Shown here: one piece after another, positions 53,389-64,000 of the stretch
Numbering within the stretch: position 1 is the stretch's first letter
Layout of the letters: every line of letters starts with the position of its first letter
NCBI GenBank assembly: GCA_036172245.1
Contig: JAYWIR010000025.1
Location: forward strand, 2,356,001-2,420,000
From: Raillietiella orientalis
Taxonomy: Eukaryota
Direction: 5' to 3'
DNA length: 64,000 bases
Made by a program: the position numbers and the translations under genes
The notes under the pieces: model-generated
Told to the model about the DNA's origin: nothing
What the model saw: the letters and a program-made list of their open reading frames with translations, nothing else
Database searches by the model: none

Positions 53389-55254
53389 CGTTTACACTGA
53401 AGAGTTCTTCGAGGATTTCCAGATTAAGATATCCATTCCCCCTGCCCTTCTGTCTGGAACAGTATGGCTTTTCAAACTTTCCTTTGTTCTTAGATTCCAT
53501 CTTTCGTCATCAAGTTGAGTGGCACTTATGTTTGACGAGGTGAATAAAGCTGTGGCTCGTGACAAGAACTCACATCAAACACGCACGGCTTCTTGAATGC
53601 TGAATTTCACGAGAACCATTAAACCATTCAGATGCACCTCATGAACTGGTCTCTCACATTCTTCCTCATTCAAGCCGTGAGCCGCATTAAAACACTCTAG
53701 GGGGAGGATGATCGTCTCAGGTTCTGCATCGAATGGTTCTTTGAACCATGGGAACTCAAAAAAGGTGCAAAGAAGAAAAGTCGACGTTCCTGTTCGCCCA
53801 CTTAGTTTGGAGGATCTGATTTTTCTTGACCCCGAAAATCATTCTCAGCATGATGAGTCTGCCTTTGAACTTGAGCAAGAATTCGCCGGTCCTTGTTTTG
53901 CTGCTTTTCAGATCCTGCGGGATCGACGCGGTGAACTCAACCGCGATGCAGAATCGATGGTTCTCGAACAACAGTCCACAATTCCATCCAATCCACGTGG
54001 TTACCCGCAGCTGCTCTTGATTCAAGCCGAATAGAGAATTTGTGCTTGGCGCGAGGCACACGGGACCACCAGTCACAGGAAATTTGGCTCCTTCAGACGA
54101 ATCCTGCTTCATACGGGTAGCACTAAGCATCGAATTGGATCTTAAAAGACCTCGGTCGAATTCCTACTGAACTTAATTACAAATCGAATGAATAAATAAA
54201 CAGGAGCATTAAAATAGAATCCATTACTAAAGATTGCTCAAAGCCGAGTACTTCGAGGGCACTTACCAATACAAGTACACAATCCACTTCCCTAGCCAAA
54301 TTCCAGGACAAAGTGGGAGAGAATGTTCTATTTCTTCTTATGCAAGGAAAGAAAGAAATGCTAGAAGACAAGATCGCACTGCTTTAGTCTTGCGAATAGG
54401 GGAGATAGGTAGTAGGCGCTCAATGCGACTCCGCTGCTTGGTTTGGTCGCCTTCGTCGATCGGCTCCATTCTTGTTCTTTTCCCATTGACAACCCGGAAG
54501 ATGTTTGTTGCCTTCAAACGCTGCCTGACTTGTGCCCTGGCACGGATGGTGCATTTCACTTTGGCTCATCTCAGAGTTTTCCCTGCCCTAAGAGCGTATT
54601 GTTTATCCAGCTTATTCAAGACTGTTTCCAGTTTCAAGTCTTTATTACTTTAGAAGATGCAGGGTTCCTCCTTTGGAGGGAGCTCGTGTACAAAATGGAC
54701 GGAAACGAGACTGATGTTGTTGCTTCACGGTATCCATAGCACCATTCTCGAGTTGAATGTTCCGGAATGCTGGATCTCTTTTGGCGGGACGTCACTCGTG
54801 GTCGTGGGATGTTTTCGTCCGTTGATCCTGAGGGCGAAGATCTTGAGAAGATCTCTTCGAAGAAGCTGGAGTGGAGGTTTTGCTATTCCACGGCAGCTCC
54901 TTCGTTTTCAGAGGGCTGCGGAAGGGAAACAGGAAGCGGCATGGGTTAGGGAGGTTCTCACTTTCGAGGAGGTTCACAAGTGGGTGGGGGATCGAATTCT
55001 TCAGGGCGATCGCTACTAGCTGAAACCTCGTACCAGCTAAGGTTGTCATCTTCCACGGTCTGTTCCTCAGGCGCGCGGTCCAGTGTTGTCGGCTCCGCTG
55101 CAAGATGTTCTGGAACATAGTGAGAGGACGGGGCTGCGAACCGCGTGTGCAGGCGGCAAAAGTGGAGTACTGGGAGTGGGGTCGGAGTTAGGGCTAGCTG
55201 GGCGGGAGGGGTCGAGGTTTGTCAGGGGAGAAAACGCATGCAGAGCCTTGGTGG

Positions 55255-55594
55255 ATGGTTGGTACTCGATGCGTAGATATCTCTGGATGCTCTTATGACG
55301 GCCACGATCGTCCTGCCCCTAGGGGCTTTCGTGTGCGGCTCGGGCGTGCCAAGTTTGGCAGTGACTTCATTGTTCCTCGGATGCCAGGCTCGGACCGTTG
55401 GGGAAACAGTGGGCAATTTGAACAGACTTTTTGACTGTTTCTGCCCGCGCAACTCTGAAGGAGTCTTGACGGTTCTCAGAGGGGATGGCAACATCAGCCT
55501 GGGAGTCGTCATAGACAACAAGGTCGGGTCGGAAGGAGGAGTTTGAATTGTCCACTTGTTGGTCGGCTTGAAGTCTGAGCCAGTAAGGGCTCAA
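55255..55594 (-). mobile_element. C-terminal restriction-like endonuclease fragment of a Utopia/NeSL-like site-specific non-LTR retrotransposon
   Basis: RPDLVVYD...DVAIPSENRQDSFRVARAETVKK fits the PD-(D/E)xK RLE pattern RPD..D...PFEN...AR..K..KY, and the fragment ends VIRASRDIY. Confidence 0.7.
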
Positions 55595-56349
55595 CCAGTA
55601 ATGAGCAACCAGTCACAAAAAAGCAACTTTGGCTGCACGTTTGGAGACGCCCTTTCTTTCTACATTGAGAAGTTCCTTAATTTTTGCCTTTTCCCTTGGA
55701 TGAGGAACTTCATCATTTCGAGGGATCATTAGCCAGGAACTGCCGCTTCCGGTATTTCAGGGCTGTTCCGTAGATCGTAGCTGTAGGGTCTTGTTTTAGA
55801 TTTTTTCCTAGTCTCTAATAGTAGTTTGATATCTTTACCCATATAGGGAAGCCCAGACAGCACAGGGAAGGCTTTTAAAAATAAGCGTTACGTTTAAAAT
55901 GACTTAGATCTTAGACAATTTCTCAGATCACAATGGAAAAAATAGAGTATTTCCGTAACACTGAAATGAAATTCTTTAAATGAATGTTTATTTGAAGGAT
56001 TTAATTAAGAGAGGAAGACTGGAAAAGAATACTTCAACGCAGTGTCCGTAACGGTGCCAAGCCACGGTATGTTTTGATCTCGAGAGGGGCAAAAGGGAGT
56101 AGGACAGCAATCGCATAAATAGGAAAGAAGAGAAGATGGTAGAAGAGCCGTGGTCTCTTCTCTCATGAGCTTTTGGTGCATCCCTCTGTTCCTCGCAACT
56201 GCGCTTGTCTGCTTTAGCGTGTTGGGACCACTGGCAGGCTGGCAAGTCCCTCCCGCAGATGGCGCACTACCGAAAATGAAGGGGAAAAATACTCTCTCTT
56301 TGGAACAAGGTGATGCAAGCGTCTCACAGAGGCAGGGAATAGGTTTCCA

Positions 56350-58420
56350 TGGCTTCATTTGTCGGGACTCAAGTTCTGTAGTCCAGAAGCACAGCAAGAT
56401 TACTTTTTCATCAAAATGAAGGCTTCCAGTCGACTCCAGTGCATCCTTCTTCCCCTTCTGGCCCGCGTCGGAGGCCACGTGGTTGGAGTCTCCGCCAGTG
56501 ACGCCACCAAGCGTCGCAGATTCGGATACTCGGAAAGAATCGACGCCGAGATGGGGGATGCGTCGGAGGTTCGAGTTCTCCCGCGAGATGACGCTGACTG
56601 GTAGAAGCTGGTAAAAACCTAATGCCCCCGATGAGTGGCCGGGATTGGGAATCGATCCTCCAGGGTTCCTCCAGGAAACTGAATCATGGAGTCCGGTTCT
56701 CTTCGGGGTTCCCCTCCGGTCGTGTAAAGGAGGGGATCCCTCCTTTGGGGGAGGACCTTCCTTCTCGTACTATGGACTGAGGATGCCTCTCCAAAGAGCG
56801 CACAGAAGCGTGCCACTCTCTTCGTGGATGTCCTTCTGAGAAATTTTGGAAGCGTCCCCTCGGAGTTCTCTTCAGAGGAGGAGAAGACAGGAAGCGGTTC
56901 CCTTGCGGGCTCCCTTCGGAGAAGAAAAAATGGAGAGGACCCCTTCAGAGGTCTCTCTGGAGAGAATAAGGAAGGAGATTCCCTTTGGAGATCCCTTCGG
57001 AGACAGCCAGGGCGAAGGGTTTTCCCTTGGAGGATTCCTCCCAGGCGCGAGAGGAACGGATTTCCTTTTCCAGAGACCTTCCTGGATACATAGAGTGGAC
57101 CCCTTCCGGGGCACCCCCTACCTTGAAGAATTGCACGCTCCCTCGGATTTCCTGGGAAGGTCTTAAAGAGCTGCGTGAGTACCCAGGTGCGCGACGGCTC
57201 TTGAGATACTTGGCGAACCCGAAACAATGGAAGTCCGAAAAAGAGGAAAGAAATCTGGAGGGAAAGCAGCGAAGACAAGAAAGAACCCCAAGAGGATCTC
57301 CACCACCTGGAACTGCGCACGAGCAAATGGACTGGTGCTGAAGTTCTCCGAACAAAAAGACCTTCTTGGCGACAGACAGTTCGAGTTTTCCAATCGGACC
57401 AGGACTCCTGAGGTTCCATGTGAGTCACTGCGCTCCATTTGCTCTCACTCAAAAGCTCAGGCATCTCCCTTCCCTTTCTTGCCTCACAGCCTCGGGCTCT
57501 CGGACCCCTGACTTTCCCTCATGCTCTTTCGGGCTTCCCCTTTTTTGGGGGGTTCGCTAAGCACCCCGTCCTTCTTGGGACCCACGAAGCTCTTTAACCC
57601 TGTTACACGCCACCAGATGGTGCGAGTGGACTCTTCAAGATAAGGGATGCCCGGGAGGGGGTCACCCTATGAATTCAAGAAGGGTTCCGGAGGAAGGAGT
57701 GTGTTCCTCTTGCGCTCGGTAGGAAACTCCGAAGGAAACCTCTCCCTTGTTCTCTCCGGAGAGACCATCCTGTTTGCGGTTTCCACTCATTTTTTCTCCG
57801 GAGGGAACCCGGAAAGGATCCGCTCCCTGTCTCATCCTCTGGAGAGAACCCCGAAGAGACACCTCCAAATTCCTCTATAGGGCGCTCCCCGGAGGGAGCA
57901 GCGCGCTTCTCGTGCTCTGCAGAGGCAACCACCCTAGGAGGGGGGGTTCAACCAGCTCCATAGTATGCGGTGGCTCCATGGCTTCGATTTCGCAACCGAA
58001 GGGAACTCCAGGGACCTCCATTCCTGGAAGGACCCCGGAGGTTCACTTCTAATCCCGGCCAGTCGACGCGGGCATCCGGTTTCCACCGGCGCCGCATTCG
58101 AGACCCTCAGACCAACTGGCGTCGTCCTATGGGAGGGGGGAGACTCGAAACCCAAGACGCCCCCCCCCCCTTTATTTCTCGGCGTCGATCCTTCCCCGGG
58201 TGGCGTTTTGAACCCGAAGCGCTCGGTGCCACGTGCGACAGAAACACCTCTTCCAGTGCAACCAAACAACTCAAAGAAGCGTGACTCGTGAAGGCTTTGC
58301 GCTGAACACGAAGATAGGGGAGTCTGGAGTGCTCGACATGGAAGTTTTCTCTATGGAAAGGAAGGTCAGACGCGAAGATTCCTCTGAAGTCCTTCGAAAG
58401 CTCAAGAGCGCTGAATTTAT
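56350..58420. repeat. Diverged inverted duplication (arms ~56350-57130 and ~57630-58420)
   Basis: Collinear blocks match on opposite strands, e.g. GGTCTCTCTGGAGAGAATAAGG vs rc GGTCTCTCCGGAGAGAACAAGG, TGGCCGGGATT, and ATCGACGCCGAGA. Confidence 0.8.
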
Positions 58421-59536
58421 TTATTTTCTTCCCTTCCGATTTCTCCAGCTCATCTCGCCTCGAGCGAAGTCCAGGACGTTTCAAGTACCATGGTGCCTTG
58501 CGTTCATCTTGCATTTTCTTGAACACATAGCTCTGCATGCGTCTTGCTGAGCGAGTCGGTCGGCTTCTCCGCGTCCGTCGGTCTTCCACGATTGGCTCTG
58601 CCAGGCCACGTTTCGTTCTTGCGTTCTTCTGTCTTAATCCCAGGAGATGCACGTCGCAAAACTATCGGGAACTGATGCAGCAGGCTCCGAGGAGGAAGAA
58701 TCAGGTGAGGAAGTGCGTGGGAGGACTTCCGGAACTGTTAGGGTAACGTGTTTCGAGTTCACTTCTGCCACGGGTGGCACCGATGGCACAAATCACCGGT
58801 CACTAATCACCTGTCGAAATGCTCGGGTTCCTCCTATTCAAAGAAGATGACTCACCTCCTTTCTGGCATCTGGTGAGCGGCAGCACACCGAACACAAACA
58901 GCACATCCTTCCACTTACATACACGTCTTTTTTTTAAATAAAAATAAAATAAAATAAAGGAATTTATCACTTCAGTTACTGTGTGGTTCCAAAAGGTGTG
59001 TGAGAGAACGTTCGACGAAAGTTCTCGATTTCCAGTCTCCTCAGGAATTCAGGGACCCCCCCTGTCCCATCTCAGATGCAGTGTTGGAACCGCCTCAGTC
59101 TTCAAGGCGAAGTTGCAGCGAAGGAGATGGTGTGAGTCCACGAGAGACGACCCCTAAATCGACGATTACTCAGGACGGTTGCCTCCAACACTCGTTCCAC
59201 CGTTTCCCCATCGTTCCGGGCCGGTTTCGGTAGGATTTCTCCATGCTGCGGGGCTCCTGGAGACTTGTCTTCTCCTCTTGCACCTGTCCCCCTCCCTTTT
59301 GTTTAAAGAAAGCTCACGCGTGATGGAAACGGCAGAGTACAATGGAAACCATTTGAACGGAACTCCTTCTCTAGGCGCGTCATTGCGTGATTTCTCACCC
59401 GGTGACCCCGGGGCGTTTATTTCACCCTTTGAGTGCTATGGGATCACAGATGCGTCCAACGTAAACTCCCAGCGTGTTATGGACGCATCGATGCGTCTGG
59501 AGAATGTTTTCACCTTACACTCGCGACAAAAGTTAA

Positions 59537-59942
59537 CACTATCAGTGTTTGAGATGGATACATGCATTTAAACGTTCCTATAGTTACCTTAGCAACGACA
59601 GCAAACAAAATTCTGTTTATATGGACTAACTATTCTCTCTCTCGGTGTCGTATAGAATTCATTGTATTGTTTTTCATCCTTGTGATATCTTAAAAACGTG
59701 AAGGAATTACCATTTTTAAATGAATTATATATGTTTGAGAAAAATGAAAATATTTTATTCAATGTGGTGTAAACAAACAATTACAGTAGTAACTTTAATC
59801 GGCACTTTATGTAGTCAGTCGGTGGCACTTCTGACAGAGCACGCGGTATGCGAAGAAGCTTTCCGTCCACAGAGGTCGCCACTGCGACTCGCGTGCCGTC
59901 AACACTGAACGTTTAAACACGATGAGCTCCGCACCCAAAGGG
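59537..59942. mobile_element. Possible piggyBac-like MITE
   Basis: Flanked by TTAA on both sides (59533-59536, 59943-59946). Imperfect terminal inverted repeats share TTTAAACGTT. AT-rich non-coding interior. Confidence 0.3.
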
Positions 59943-59949
59943 TTAATGA

Positions 59950-61290
59950 AAGTAAACAAGCTGGGAACACAGCTCCCGAAACAACAACAAGTTTAAGGGA
60001 GGGTTCACCGACACGCAGGTCGTTTGCTGAGGCATCCGAGGGGGAAGGAAAAGGTACAAAAACAAAGAAATAGAGACAGGGCTAGGACCGGGATCTTTGG
60101 TTTGAGTCGCTTCTTTCTGCTCAGTGACAGTGCAGAATGCCGATGGTCTCTGTCTTCTTCCTGTAGGTGAGGCCACATCGCAGCCGTCCTCATGTAGGTG
60201 GCTGCGTAGCTGGTGCCCTCCCTTGTCTGCGCCCGACTCTAGCAAACGGCGAGCTGTGAGGATGGCGTGGATAAAACGCATCGTCGCGATCACGGCGCCT
60301 GTCGTGACTTCGCCTCTCTCAAAGAAGCGCCCTGCAGCAGGTCTCCGGCATTTTGGAGGTATTCTGAAGCCAGACGTCGTCAAAGTTCCTCGAGGGCACC
60401 GCAGTCCAATAAGGGGTGTGGAAACGATTCCATGTTCCCTCAACTCAAACACTTCGGGAATGCAAATCCCCCGGAAACGAGATGCCTGCGCTGGTTGCAC
60501 GGGAGACCCTAGTGGAGAAACAGCAGGAGTGGTGGTGTCCGCCAGCTCGCTCGTGGCTTCCAGCCGCTCAGCAGTTTGGTCACCTCTGTCCATAGTGCAG
60601 AAGAGCTCCCACCTCGCCGGCTGGCAACTGTCGTTGTTTGACCTTAAGGCAGGCAGACAACCCTTAGGACAAGGGGTATGGCGGCGTGAAGTCGGGTGCT
60701 GAAGAACATATCCCAGTGGAAGGTCATGGAAAGAAGGCAGAGGTCCAAGTATTTCTGGGCTTACTGCTAATGTTGAAGATCAGGTCACGAAGGACTGCTG
60801 ACACTTTCCTTTTTGCACGGGTATGCATCGAGCCACGGTCGCGGAACTCAGCAGCAGACAACGAATCCGAAATGCCTGCCGATCGGAGACTGTCGCGGGT
60901 CGTTTCTCCTCGTCACTGTCCTTCGCCCCAGGGTGATGAAGGAGGAGCCGACACAACTGCTTCTTTCCTCGCTCGCTCCCACTTAAGCGAGGGTTTTCCT
61001 TGCATCACAGTTTGGCAAGGCAGATGTACTGGATCCCTCCTCATCCCCCTCCTCGCCGTGGAAGGTTTTCTTCCAGCCTGGACCGCCGGCTCCTCTTGTA
61101 GTAACGGCCGCACCTCCAGCCGCCGGTTTCGCTCGTCCTAGCAGCAAGCAAAGCCTCCCGGGAACGCGAGGGTTTTCTCTCTGACCTTCTGGGACTCGCG
61201 CAAGCAGAGTGCTGCTTGCCGTTTCCACGCTGCTGCTCTTTCCCTCTCCGATGAGCGGAGACTGCAGTCCCATGATTCCAGTCAACGGGG
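59950..61290 (-). mobile_element. Second, diverged copy of the 3' part of the Tx1/L1-like family seen at 4460-6500
   Basis: C-terminal peptide RFFERGEVTTGAVIATMRFIHAILTARRLLES aligns with RFFTPGGLSLGAVVATVCCIRTIDKAHLQLES. The 3' UTR blocks are shared. Confidence 0.75.
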
Positions 61291-61914
61291 AGCAACCGCT
61301 CTGGAACCAGAGTTTTCTGGCTGCTCCCTCCTGGAGCGCAGAGTCGGGCGTTGAACTCTGTGACTTTCGGTCACACCGCGGCGTTTATCACAACCTGCAG
61401 CAATAAGCATATATAGAAATAAATAAATAAATAAAAGAATGCATAGCAGGACGCCAGCTCCTACGAGATTGCGAAGAATTTTTCTGGATGAGCTATTCTG
61501 GGGAAGGGAAACCAGCAGACGTGCCAATGAGGATCGCCTCGGGGAAACAAAGGAGTGGATACGAAGAAACGAAACGAAATCGCGCAGCTGTTTCTGTGTT
61601 GGGGCTGGGGGGGGTGGAGAGGAGGAAACGAAGGAAGGAGGGTTCCCGGTGATCCCTTGGTGGTTCCTCCTCGTGCTGAGAAGAAATGCCGGCAAGCCCC
61701 CCACCCTCAATTCCACCAGGTGGGGATTATCCCGTTGCCTTCCCAAGGAAGGGGGTCACGGTGGTAAAAGCACTCCCGTCCCGACTGGGTTACGCGCCGC
61801 GACCGCGTCTCCGAGGCCGCAGAAAGTGGGTGATGGAGTCATTGCGCGAAGAAGTCCTCCGGCATTCGCTGGGGTCGTCGACCAGGGGTTTGGTTCAAAA
61901 TCCCAAACCATCTT

Positions 61915-62690
61915 AAAAATATTATATATATATATAAATTTATATATTCATATATAAAGTGATATATATTATAAAGATCGTAAAAACATATAAGTTTATT
62001 ATATACATTAATATCTATATCTGTCTATCTACATCTATATCTATCTATGTATATGAATTTAAACTTATATATGGAATAATATACAGATCTGTTTGAGCAG
62101 AAATATTTGTTGTATACGTGAATATAAATTAGTCTATCTATTCATCCATCTATCTATCTATCCATCTCTAATGTAATTTGTTATTCTAACAGAGGAATTT
62201 ATCAATATTAATTAACATAAATATTAGTAATGTAATTAACAGTATGTTTACTAATAGATCAATACGCATACAGAGTGATACATATTTTAAATATTATGAA
62301 AATAAATATATGTTTAATATGTATATGTATATTTATTATATATAAATTAACATGGATTAATGTACAGAATCTTTAGAATATATACAAACCTATACATTAA
62401 TATATATAATAAAAATGTGTATTTATTTTTTATAATCTTTATAATGAATATTTATCTATACATTAATCCATACATGAATTCATGATATACTGCTGACATG
62501 ATTAATAATACGGTTGTTATATATTCATATTAATAAATATTTCTGCTCAAACAGATCTGTATATTAATCCATATATGAGTTATATTCGTATACATGATAA
62601 ACACACATATTTATTTTTTATAATGTTTATAATATGCTATCCCTTAATCTATATGTAAATTTCTATATTACTGTATACAATAAGCCTCTG
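61915..62690. repeat. Extremely AT-rich low-complexity island with (TATC)n and an internal ~60-bp inverted repeat
   Basis: ATACAGATCTGTTTGAGCAGAAATATTT (62081-62108) is the exact reverse complement of 62535-62562, and the match extends outward imperfectly. Confidence 0.8.
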
Positions 62691-62699
62691 CATTTGTCT

Positions 62700-64000
62700 T
62701 TAAGATGGCTCGGGATTTTGACTGGCACCAGTCGACCGGGAGTAGCGGGGCCACCGGAAGACGCCCTCGCACGCGCCGTAGAGCGGCGCTACCCAGAGGC
62801 ACGTGCGGTTCCACTTGTCCTCATGTGGGACGGCTCCGGTGCACTCTCCTTCTGGTACACGCGAGCGTTGTGAGGACGGCCCCGATGAAGCGTCGGCATC
62901 GCCGAGTGCCTCAGCCGCGGGGGACGTGTGCAGGAGGTCAGTTGCAGCGTGAATCCCTGGGTTTTCTGGGAAGGTTCCAAAATCTGCTAAGGTCCTGCTG
63001 TCTAGGACGCGGGGAACGACTTTCCGGTCCACTTTCGGCCACCCAGCCAGAAGACACCCTTCAGGTCGAGAGTGGTGGGACTCTTTCTCAGGAGCCAGGG
63101 GTCTCCTCAAAGAGGGGTACCGGCGGGTCAGATCCCAGAAAAACACAAGGAAGGAAGACCGCAATCGGTGTGCGCTTGAGCCTTCGCAGTCTCTGGGAGG
63201 CGGCTTGGTGACCTACGAAGGAAGCGGAGACTAAAGCAACCTAAGGTTGACTTCCACCGCGTTGCTTCTGAGGGACGAAACGACCACCGGCGCGTTTCCA
63301 ATGAGACGGATGAGCACTCATTCACTCGTCGTCGCGAGTGAATGAGTGCTCATCCGTCGCTTCCGCAGATGGGACGTCGTCCACGTCTCCGGCAGCGAGA
63401 TCTCTAGGTGTACTGCGAGGCTCGGCTCCCCACGCGATGGATGGTCCTGGAAACTCTGGCGGAAGGCAAGCTCCAGCTGCTGCTGCGGCGGGCACCTGCC
63501 TCCAGAGACGGGTGCGCGTGCCCTCAGGAGTCGTGCCTCCCGCCCTCGTGAAGCCAACACAAAAGTGTGCACACTTTCGTGTTGGCCAGGGCGTTCCACC
63601 CGGTTCGGTGGATGCGGCAGAGACAAGAAGCAAGCGCGTCGTCGGAGTACTTTCGGAGAAATCGGCGGCAGCAGTGGAGGGGGGCGGGGGCGTCGAACGG
63701 AACACTCGCGGAGGACGGAGAAAGCAGCACAAACTGCCTACAGGAATCCCGACGCCGGATCGAATGGTCGATGGCGCGCAGTTGCCCACGCTTCCGGTTC
63801 CGGGGGAATCCCCATTCCCGCTGCTGCTCCTGCTCCTCTCGCGCATCCACGATCGGTGGCGTTCGCGGGGGTGGTGGTTGGCCGGGAGAGTGGTTTGCGT
63901 CCGGCTGCCCGGAGCATCGCACAAGGCGTCGCGCTCCGTGGCCGGATCCACGCCGGACAATCCACTGCGATCGCGAGGCCAGGTGGAACGCGCAACCGGC
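62700..64000. mobile_element. GC-rich decayed retroelement fragments in opposite orientations
   Basis: Plus-strand ALARAVERRYPEARAVPLVLMWDG resembles R4/Dong-type RLE C-termini. Minus-strand Cys/His remnants (CAHFCVGFTRAGG) resemble N-terminal zinc fingers. Weak. Confidence 0.35.

Noticed and set aside
58107..58652. FRGIFASDLP as a Maverick/Polinton cysteine protease
   Set aside because: No catalytic HW or QCG motifs, and no other Maverick genes recognised.
1..64000. CRISPR arrays, rRNA, tRNA or prokaryotic defence systems
   Set aside because: No repeat-spacer arrays or structural RNA genes were recognised. The window is eukaryotic, and its only bacterial DNA is pseudogenised.

Overview
This is eukaryotic (metazoan, probably arthropod) nuclear DNA. 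It holds four intact spliced housekeeping genes with many very short introns: SHMT (minus), MRPS31 (plus), RWDD1 (minus) and PTAR1 (minus). Between them lies decayed foreign and mobile DNA: three Tx1/L1-type non-LTR retrotransposon copies, several fragments of restriction-like-endonuclease (RLE; Utopia/NeSL/R4-like) elements, and a degraded Wolbachia-like glyS-uvrC insertion. The main finding is two divergent endogenous CRESS-DNA (circular Rep-encoding ssDNA) virus insertions. One is a near-complete ~2.06 kb ambisense genome (origin-like stem-loop, cap, rep) at 29997-32060. The other is a Rep with an uninterrupted reading frame, inserted inside a dead LINE's reverse transcriptase (RT) region at 20233-21012. 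Both Rep genes carry a short GT-AG intron (46 and 38 nt) at the same phase-0 position between the HUH endonuclease and the SF3 helicase, matching the host's intron size range. All identifications come from manual translation and motif recognition; no database searches were run.
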